From Ostreococcus lucimarinus (lineage: Eukaryota): 64,000 bases of DNA. The DNA lies in assembly GCA_000092065.1 (NCBI GenBank), contig CP000597.1; one strand, given 5' to 3'. The position numbers and the translations under genes were made by a program. The notes under the pieces are model-generated. The model saw nothing but the letters and a program-made list of their open reading frames with translations, did no database searches and was not told where the DNA came from. How positions within the stretch are numbered: the first letter of the stretch is position 1; each line of letters begins with the position of its first letter. Positions 58,061 to 64,000 of this stretch are shown one piece after another.

Positions 58061-58577
58061 GTGCGCTTAAATACGAGCGTCGGGATCATGAATCCGCGCG
58101 CGTCGTCCGTCGCCCGCAGAGCGCGCCCGCGCGTCGCGCGCGCATGCCGCCCTGCGCCGACGACGACGTCGCGGCGATCCTCGCCGTCGCGCGCGCCGAG
58201 CTCCGCGTCGCGACGACGCGCCGCGTCGCGTCCGCGGCGACGCGGCTTCGCGCGTGCGAGCGCGCCTCCGTCGACGCCGCGCGCGCGTGCGCCGCGCGCG
58301 CGACGGCGGTGCGCGCGAGCGCCGATCGCGCGACGCGCGCGACGCGCGACGCGCGACGCCGCGTCGCGGTCGTCGCGTCCGCGGCGACGCGCGCGCGGCT
58401 CGAGCGCGCGCTCGAGCGCGCGGCGGCGGCGCTCGAGCGCGCGCGAGCGCTCGAGCGCGCGTGCGATCGCGCCGTCGCGGCGACGCGCGCGAAGGCGCGA
58501 GGGACGGCGTGAGGGACGCGAAGACGCGTCGACGCGCGTCGCGCGCGCCGGCGTCGACGCGATTGCGTGTAATTTAA

Positions 58578-59480
58578 ATGTGCAACAATGAGTGCGCGAT
58601 TCATTCGCACACGTCGACGCGCGCGCGTCCGATGCGCGCGTCCGCGGCGCGCGGCGTCGCGTCGCGCGTCGCGCCGCGTCTCGCGCGTCGCGCGCGCGCT
58701 CGAGCGCCGAATCGACGCGCGCGCGCGCGATGCGGCGCGGCGTCGGACGACGACGCGACGCGCGCGGACGCGGCGGCGGCGCGCGCGCTCGCGGACGCGT
58801 GCGGCGGCGTGGACGCGCTGCTGACGCTCGCGGAGCGGACGTCGCCGAAGGACGCGGGCGCGGCGGTGGCGCTCGCGCGCGTGGCGCGCGCGGCGGCGGG
58901 AGACGAGGGCGACGACGTTCGAGGGCGGGCGGACGCGGTCGAGCGCGCGCACGCGGCGGCGACGACGCTGCGAACGTACGAGAGCGCGATCGCGAGCGCG
59001 GCGCGAGCGCAGAGGAATAGGGACGTGGCGAAACGGAAGACGCGACCGCGGGATCGGGCGTGCAATCAGCCGAAACCGCGACAGGGATGGACGAGGGCGG
59101 CGCTGCGCGAGCGAAACGCGAGGACGTGCGCGGCGTGCGAGAGGATCGCGGCGAAAGCGGACCTCTTTCGAGCGGTTCGAGTGAAGACGGCGAGCGGGGA
59201 GACGCGGGTGGTGGTCGGGGACGACGCGAGAGGGGTGAACGGGCGATCGGCGTACGTGTGCAAGACGCGCGCGTGCGCGGCGCGGGCGGCGAAGGGGAAG
59301 GCGATGCAACGCGCGTTGCGGTGCAACGTGGATCAAGGCGTGTACGACGCGCTCGCGAGGGAGGCGCGCGCGCTCGAGGAGGCGATGGGAGTGGATACTT
59401 CGGATTACGTCTTCTTACGACCCGAGGGTACGAGCGCGCGATGGAAAGCGCCGGGCGAATGGATTCCGCCGGACGCGTAG
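58578..59480 (+). CDS. YlxR/DUF448-family protein (bacterial nusA-infB-operon-type putative RNA-binding protein), probably organelle-targeted
   Basis: Core motif …VVVGDDARGVNGRSAYVCKTRACAARAAKGKAMQRALRCNV… matches the YlxR signature (GRGAY[VI]C…C…kkk…rAl). Arg/Ala-rich N-terminal ~150 aa. Start ambiguous between ATG 58578 and 58632. Confidence 0.6.
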   Translation: MCNNECAIHSHTSTRARPMRASAARGVASRVAPRLARRARARAPNRRARARCGAASDDDATRADAAAARALADACGGVDALLTLAERTSPKDAGAAVALARVARAAAGDEGDDVRGRADAVERAHAAATTLRTYESAIASAARAQRNRDVAKRKTRPRDRACNQPKPRQGWTRAALRERNARTCAACERIAAKADLFRAVRVKTASGETRVVVGDDARGVNGRSAYVCKTRACAARAAKGKAMQRALRCNVDQGVYDALAREARALEEAMGVDTSDYVFLRPEGTSARWKAPGEWIPPDA

Positions 59481-59585
59481 CGGAACCGCGCTGGTGTTAC
59501 AATGCTAGTAATCGATGCCCTATGTATTCTAATTTGCAACCGAGTGTAATTGTATCGTTTAACACGCCACCGACGCGCGCAAACT

Positions 59586-60794
59586 TCAACACGAAAGAAG
59601 GCGCTGCCGCCACTTGCGCTCGTACGTTCTCTTCGCGTGCGCGTACACGGCGAGCGACTTGCGCAGGTTGCGACGCAAATGCGCCATCATGTCTTCGTTC
59701 GCCACGTGCCTGTCGTAGAGGCGCTGCTGGTGCGCATCGAGCTCGGGCGCTTCGTTGTGCTGCGCAAAATTGGCTAAAAGCGTCGCGTTGAGCCGCGCAA
59801 AATCGGGTAAAGTTGTGAGCTTTTCTAAACCGTCGTCGAGTTTCTCCGTCAACAGAAATTTAAAGCACGGGTCGTCCAAATTCGCGATCGCCGCAGCGAC
59901 TTGAGCGTCTTTGTTCTCCCCACCGCCCGGTGCGAGGACGTGCAACCAATTATCACCGCCCAAGTAATCGTGCCACTCTACGAGGTTCATGGCGCACTCG
60001 CCCTTGTCCTTCATCGCCTTGTTCCACAGCCGACGATTTTCAGCCCCGGCCAAGCACGAGTACTTGTAGTGACTTAAAAACCGCTCGACTGGGTCTCTTA
60101 AGATTGTGATGTACGCACACGGGGCGTCAACGACCTCGCACAGTCCCATGCCGTAGGAGCCTTTGCTAAAAATCCGCGCCCCTGATTCATACATCTTCCG
60201 CAAACGATCCACGCCAAAGTACTCCGCGGGTTCGCCCGTGGCAAAGTGCCGCCGCGTCGCCGCGTAATTTTCTCTCGTCGTATCGACCAAAGGCCACGTG
60301 ATCCACTGCGCGATCGACTCATGATCGTGAGGAAATAATTCTTCGCCCAGGAACGCCTCCTGCTTCGGCTTACGATTCACCCTGCGTTCCACCTGTCGCA
60401 ACACCGAGTGAAAAAACGTCCCACCCGTCTTCGGCACGTGCAAAAAGTTGTAAAACAGCACTCGATTCGCGTGCGTCTGCTTCACCGACTTCGCCTTCCT
60501 CGGAATCTCGTAATATTTACTCAGATCACCGACGTTCAATTCCCGTCCGAACGCCTCGACTTCCTCGCGTTCCGCGAGCGCGCCGCCGCGTCGGTGCGCC
60601 CAATCCGCCCTCGCGCTCGCCCCGACGAGGCACGCCGCGACCGCGCACGCGCCGACGACCAGCCTCGCGCTCGCCGCGCCGCGCGTTCGATCGACCGCGA
60701 GCTTCGCCGCCGTCGTCTCCGCGTCGTCCGACGCGCGCTCGACGTCGCGAGACGCGCGCAGGAGCGGTTCGGCGTCGCCGCGCTCAACACCCAT
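59586..60794 (-). CDS. Golgi-type carbohydrate sulfotransferase (HS6ST/GAL3ST-like), type II membrane topology
   Basis: Start taken at ATG 60794 (MGVERGD… with signal anchor LVVGACAVAACLVGASA). 5'-PSB motif FLHVPKTGGTFFHSVL (cf. IHIPKTGGTTF). 3'-PB-like region …ITILRDPVERFLSHYKYS…. The supplied ORF extends to 61058 through low-complexity sequence. Confidence 0.7.
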   Translation of the reverse strand: MGVERGDAEPLLRASRDVERASDDAETTAAKLAVDRTRGAASARLVVGACAVAACLVGASARADWAHRRGGALAEREEVEAFGRELNVGDLSKYYEIPRKAKSVKQTHANRVLFYNFLHVPKTGGTFFHSVLRQVERRVNRKPKQEAFLGEELFPHDHESIAQWITWPLVDTTRENYAATRRHFATGEPAEYFGVDRLRKMYESGARIFSKGSYGMGLCEVVDAPCAYITILRDPVERFLSHYKYSCLAGAENRRLWNKAMKDKGECAMNLVEWHDYLGGDNWLHVLAPGGGENKDAQVAAAIANLDDPCFKFLLTEKLDDGLEKLTTLPDFARLNATLLANFAQHNEAPELDAHQQRLYDRHVANEDMMAHLRRNLRKSLAVYAHAKRTYERKWRQRLLSC

Positions 60795-61030
60795 CGCGCT
60801 CGGCGCGCGACGACGACGACGACGACGCTCGGCGCGCGACGAAGCGTTCGCTCGCCGTCGTTCTCGAGTTTCGTTCGCGCGCGCGAGAGAGAGGCGAAGA
60901 GTGCGGCGCGCCGAAGAAAGACAGACAGGCGGGGTGTTGCGCAGAAATTGCGATCCGAGACGCGCGAGCGGCGCCGCGAGAGCGACGACGACGGACGAAG
61001 ACGCGCGATACGCCGGGAAGCGACGAGAAA

Positions 61031-61110
61031 ACGACGAGACTGGGATGAAAGAATACAAAGAATACAGTCAGGACGACGAGACTGGGATGAAAGAATACAA
61101 AGAATACAGT
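61031..61110. repeat. Perfect tandem duplication of a 38-42-bp AT-richer unit (ACGACGAGACTGGGATGAAAGAATACAAAGAATACAGT x2, period 42), abutting the DTW gene stop codon and lying upstream of the sulfotransferase gene
   Basis: Two identical 38-nt copies at 61031-61068 and 61073-61110 separated by CAGG. Read directly from the sequence. Confidence 0.85.
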
Positions 61111-61868
61111 TAGGACGGCGGCGGCGAGCGCAGGTCGCGCTCGCGCGCGAGAACGGCGCTCGGCGGGCGAGTCGGCGCGCCGCGCTCTCGCGCGCCGCGA
61201 TGGTACGCGGCCCTCTCGGCGTCGAGTTGATCGTCAACCATGGCGTCGAACGCCTGAGCGACGCGCTCGGCGCCGCAGTTTTCACCGTCGAGCGCGAGTA
61301 AGGCCTCGCCGACGCACTCCGCGGTGCTCAGGCACAAATCGTTGGGTTGCTTTCGGATGCGATAGTTTGACTTTCGCCGCGGCTCTATTTGAAACTTGCG
61401 CAAGCGCTGCAACCACGGCACGCGGTGATACATCGCTCGCGCGCGATGCCACGTGGAATCGAGCACGATCAAATTCTCCAACCGTCGCGTCGTCGCGTCC
61501 CGCGCGTGCGCCGCCAGGTCGACCGCCTCGTCGCACGGCCACAGCACCCCCCACCGCGCGGCGTCCTCCTCCGCGAACGGCGCCTTCACGTCCCGTCCTC
61601 GCACTCGAAGGTCATCGAACAGCACTCGCACCTCGCATTTATCCAGCGCGAGTTCGCAGACGATCGCGCTTCCCAGGGCGCGTCGAAACTCCGCGCGGTC
61701 TTGCAGGATGTAAATGTTGGTCGAGTTCGCGACTCTCCCGGCCCGACCGAGCGCGCGCGCGACCGAGCGACACGCGCACGCCACCAACGCGCGGCGACAT
61801 CGCGCGCACGTCGGTCGACGCGTCGTCGCGGCGTCGAGCGCGCGGATCGGCGCGCAGCGCGACGTCAT
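61110..61868 (-). CDS. DTW-domain protein (tRNA-uridine aminocarboxypropyltransferase-like, DTWD family)
   Basis: ORF track starts at 61967 with TTG; first ATG at 61868 (MTSRCAPIR…). N-terminal Cys cluster CARCRRALVACAC. DTW motif …LIVLDSTWHRARAMY…PWLQRLRKFQI…YRIRKQPND…LSTAECVGEAL. Confidence 0.7.
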   Translation of the reverse strand: MTSRCAPIRALDAATTRRPTCARCRRALVACACRSVARALGRAGRVANSTNIYILQDRAEFRRALGSAIVCELALDKCEVRVLFDDLRVRGRDVKAPFAEEDAARWGVLWPCDEAVDLAAHARDATTRRLENLIVLDSTWHRARAMYHRVPWLQRLRKFQIEPRRKSNYRIRKQPNDLCLSTAECVGEALLALDGENCGAERVAQAFDAMVDDQLDAERAAYHRGARERGAPTRPPSAVLARERDLRSPPPS

Positions 61869-61920
61869 TTGCCGCCGCCGTGTCCCGGTCGCTTCATCGG
61901 GACGCGCGTCGAGACGCGCG

Positions 61921-63570
61921 ATGCGCGCGCGGGCGTCGACGTGGAACGTCGCGGCGATCAACAACAACCCGTTCGAGTACTACGCCAGCGCGCGCGGTCG
62001 CGGAGAGGCGTCGAGCGACGACGGCGGCGATGTTTATGAATCATTTCTGCTCGCGGTCGAGCGCGCGCTGTCGAGCGACGCCGGCGGCGCGTCCGACGCG
62101 ACGATGGCGCGCGCGCTCGGACCGGACGCGCTGGACGCGCTGCAGGCGAAGATCGCGGCGAGCGGCGCGGCGAAGGACGGAGAGGCGGCGGCGCGGGCGC
62201 GACGCGCGTACGAGGCGCGGTGCGGCGAGCGAACGTGCGGCGAGTTCCTGCGAGACGCGGAGATCGGCGCGAAACGCCTGTGCTCGATGCCGGACAGAGT
62301 GACGAACACGGTGAACGTGTTCGACGACGAAGGCGAGCGAAGGACGGTGCGAAGGCCGACGGTGATTAATTGTTACGACGAGACGCTGGAGGACGAAGGC
62401 GAGTGGTTTCGAGCGTGGATGGGGTACATGTTCGACGCGAAAGTACGCGCGACGCGGGGAGGCGAGGCGCGAGCGATGGTGGAGATGTTGGTGCCGATTA
62501 GACGGGCGAAGTATCCGGCGGTGAGCGAGGAGGAGGAGGCGCTGGGGATCCCTTTACAAATTTTCTATTTGGCGGCGTTCGACGCGGCGTTGGCGCGCGT
62601 GGCGACGACGGCGGCGGGCTCGTTTGAGGCTTGGCAGCGCATTCGCGCCGGTTTAGTCGATGCATTAGTGCGACATAAGGTGCCGCGAACGCTCGATGTG
62701 GTGGAGCATTGCTTACTGGGGTCATCGTCGTCGGACGTGAATTTGTCGGCGTGCTTTTTGCAGGAAGTCGGCGCTTCGTTCGCCGACGCGCTCGAGGCGC
62801 GAGAAAGCGTGCGGGACACGTACGAGATATATCGTCCAGAGGATCTGGACGTGAAGCGCGATCAAAACTCGATCGTGCTCGTGTCCAAGACGTTCACTCG
62901 AGGCGAGCGTGCGATCGAGAAGACGCGCGAGATTTTGGAGTCACTCGGCGACGGCGCCGCCAAATTCTCCAAGGGTGATTTTTGCGCCTTTCTCGTTCGC
63001 GGGGTGCTGTTTTGTTCGTTTCACGGCGATACGGATGGGTTACAAACTAAAGTAATCACCACCGCTACGCACGCGCACTGCGTCGCAAACGACGCGATCG
63101 ATGCGTGCGTCTTTGGCATGGACGCCAACACTCACGTTGCGCACAAGGACGGTAAAAAGCAAGGCGTCACAGATTTCATAGACTTCTTGGCCGCAGAAAC
63201 GACGTTTAGATCGTGCTGGACGATGGCCGAGATCGACGTCGAGCGCGACGCCTTCACGACGTTCAGCGCGCGCACCTTCCTTCAGGCGCAGCTCAACAAA
63301 GCTGTGCCGCTCGCCGAAATCGCGACGAGCGCGCTCACGGACCGCCATCCCAAAGACCACGTGTTGATTTACACCCGAACCGACGCCAACGCCGCCTCGC
63401 TTAACGCCACCACCAAGCCCACGCTCACTCGCATCAACGCCGTGGACTTCACCGCGCACCCCAAGCCCCCTAGTGTCCTCCCTTTCGACGCCGACGCGAC
63501 GTTTCCCAACGCTCGCTTCCCGAGCGATCACGCCTGCGTCGTCTTCAACTTCGACTTCTCCCTCGCGTGA
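61921..63570 (+). CDS. Endonuclease/exonuclease/phosphatase (EEP)-fold hydrolase family protein
   Basis: ATG at 61921 (MRARASTWNVAAINNNPFEY; EEP proteins begin …TWNV…N). Internal …VLFCSFHGDTDGL… and C-terminal …FPSDHACVVFNFDF (SDH catalytic His motif). The supplied ORF from 61714 overlaps the divergent DTW gene start. Confidence 0.6.
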   Translation: MRARASTWNVAAINNNPFEYYASARGRGEASSDDGGDVYESFLLAVERALSSDAGGASDATMARALGPDALDALQAKIAASGAAKDGEAAARARRAYEARCGERTCGEFLRDAEIGAKRLCSMPDRVTNTVNVFDDEGERRTVRRPTVINCYDETLEDEGEWFRAWMGYMFDAKVRATRGGEARAMVEMLVPIRRAKYPAVSEEEEALGIPLQIFYLAAFDAALARVATTAAGSFEAWQRIRAGLVDALVRHKVPRTLDVVEHCLLGSSSSDVNLSACFLQEVGASFADALEARESVRDTYEIYRPEDLDVKRDQNSIVLVSKTFTRGERAIEKTREILESLGDGAAKFSKGDFCAFLVRGVLFCSFHGDTDGLQTKVITTATHAHCVANDAIDACVFGMDANTHVAHKDGKKQGVTDFIDFLAAETTFRSCWTMAEIDVERDAFTTFSARTFLQAQLNKAVPLAEIATSALTDRHPKDHVLIYTRTDANAASLNATTKPTLTRINAVDFTAHPKPPSVLPFDADATFPNARFPSDHACVVFNFDFSLA

Positions 63571-63800
63571 TCGTTTCCGCTTCGTTCTGTTCGCGCATTC
63601 GATGTCATAAATATTTATTCATCATCTGTGATTTTTCCAGATTTTTTCTCCCCGTTTTCGTCGTCGAGCGCGTCCTCGCCGCGTCGCCGCGCGGCGTTGG
63701 CCGAATCGCCAGCGCAATTCCCAATTCTCAATCGATCGTCATCATTCACCGCCGCGCGACCTCCATCGCGCCCGTCGCGCCCATCGCGCGAAGCGTGGCG

Positions 63801-64000
63801 ATGCGATTCACGAGGAATAAATCCTCCGCCGCCGACGCGTCGTCGTCGACGCAGAGCGATGAGAATTCGACGGCGATCAACGTCGGGCCGGTGCGCCTGA
63901 AACTCCCGATGAAGATTCGATTCGGAAACGACGCCGCCGAGCTCGAACGACGGCGACAGGCGAACAGCAACCCGCTGGCGAAGATTCGAGGCTCGATGGC
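63801..64000 (+). CDS. Possible 5' end of a further gene running off the window (MRFTRNKSSAADASSSTQSDENSTAINVGPVRLKLPMKIRFGNDAAELERRRQANSNPLAKIRGSM…)
   Basis: ATG at 63801 ~230 nt after the EEP gene stop. Frame open to the window end with moderate-GC gene-like codons. No domain recognised in 66 aa. Confidence 0.25.
   Translation, partial: MRFTRNKSSAADASSSTQSDENSTAINVGPVRLKLPMKIRFGNDAAELERRRQANSNPLAKIRGSM

Noticed and set aside
58027-58512. 161-aa ORF (MYYYTTRCPIYGALKYERRDHES…MPPCADDD…LERALERAAAALERARALERA…) downstream of the TATA box as a definite small gene
   Set aside because: Ala/Arg-rich and indistinguishable from compositional artefact without expression data. Kept only as a low-confidence possibility within the promoter-island finding.
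58086-59336. 416-aa minus-strand Arg-rich ORF antisense to the YlxR-like gene, and similar long antisense ORFs (24722..26008, 44131..45858, 41638..42492, 19861..21222, 23026..23850, 47893..)
   Set aside because: Each lies opposite a gene with clear conserved motifs, and each consists almost entirely of R/A/S/P/G runs. This is the expected consequence of GC3-rich coding on the other strand.
1-64000. Prokaryotic interpretation (operons, defence island, phage) or kinetoplastid polycistronic units
   Set aside because: The content is eukaryotic nuclear: CTF18, LARP1, Sen54, EAF1, EML, cytosolic FARSB. There are two GT..AG introns. Gene orientation alternates frequently, unlike trypanosomatid directional clusters. 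Bacterial-type genes present (TrmB, YlxR, DUF262) carry eukaryote-style extensions and host codon usage.

Overview
This window is nuclear DNA from a very GC-rich, gene-dense, intron-poor eukaryote, not a prokaryotic locus. I count about 30 protein-coding genes in 64 kb, on alternating strands, which is roughly one gene per 2 kb. Intergenic islands are short and AT-richer. Two introns were found; both are short GT..AG introns with a CTGAC-type branch point.

The gene content includes several plastid- or organelle-type proteins of bacterial ancestry (TrmB, a YlxR/DUF448 protein, a RAP-domain helical-repeat protein, an ACT-repeat protein). It also includes a selenophosphate synthetase, and some genes are followed by a TGTAA motif. 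I tentatively guess a picoplanktonic green alga of the Mamiellophyceae type, for example Micromonas. I cannot prove this from the sequence alone.

Recognisable genes, in order along the window:
- an RGG-box protein that I predict is spliced
- a tail-anchored TPR protein
- the HAD-family phosphatase MDP-1
- a tandem double EMAP-like (EML) HELP/WD40 protein
- a long coiled-coil protein
- a small two-TM membrane protein
- bacterial-type tRNA m7G methyltransferase TrmB
- the RFC-like clamp loader CTF18
- a GNAT acetyltransferase
- LARP1 (La motif plus DM15)
- a RAP-domain protein with FASTK/OPR-like helical repeats
- an ACT-domain protein
- a secreted protein with a repeated 10-Cys module
- a CitMHS/ArsB-superfamily permease with TrkA-C domains
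- a two-exon serine carboxypeptidase (S10)
- a DUF262 (GmrSD N-terminal-like, ParB-fold) protein
- a type II membrane protein
- a fusion of an NADH-dehydrogenase-like oxidoreductase with selenophosphate synthetase
- a DnaJ protein
- an inositol-monophosphatase-family / HAD fusion
- a KH-domain protein
- tRNA-splicing endonuclease subunit Sen54
- a GNAT plus helical-domain protein
- a large unknown protein
- cytosolic Phe-tRNA ligase beta
- an EAF1-like HSA/SANT protein
- a YlxR/DUF448 protein
- a Golgi-type sulfotransferase
- a DTW-domain protein
- an EEP-fold hydrolase

The supplied ORF track uses non-ATG starts (GTG/TTG). I re-placed starts at the first in-frame ATG where that mattered. Many long Arg/Ala/Ser-rich ORFs on both strands are compositional artefacts of GC-rich DNA and are not called as genes.

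No tRNA or rRNA genes, CRISPR arrays or mobile elements were recognised. The observations I consider most worth a second look are listed below.
- A stand-alone DUF262 defence-type domain sits in a eukaryotic gene.
- A repeated, apparently undescribed 10-cysteine module occurs in a secreted protein.
- A selenophosphate synthetase is fused to an oxidoreductase domain.
- An inositol-monophosphatase-family domain is fused to a HAD hydrolase.
- Two AT-rich bidirectional-promoter islands carry TATA-like elements and one carries a palindrome.
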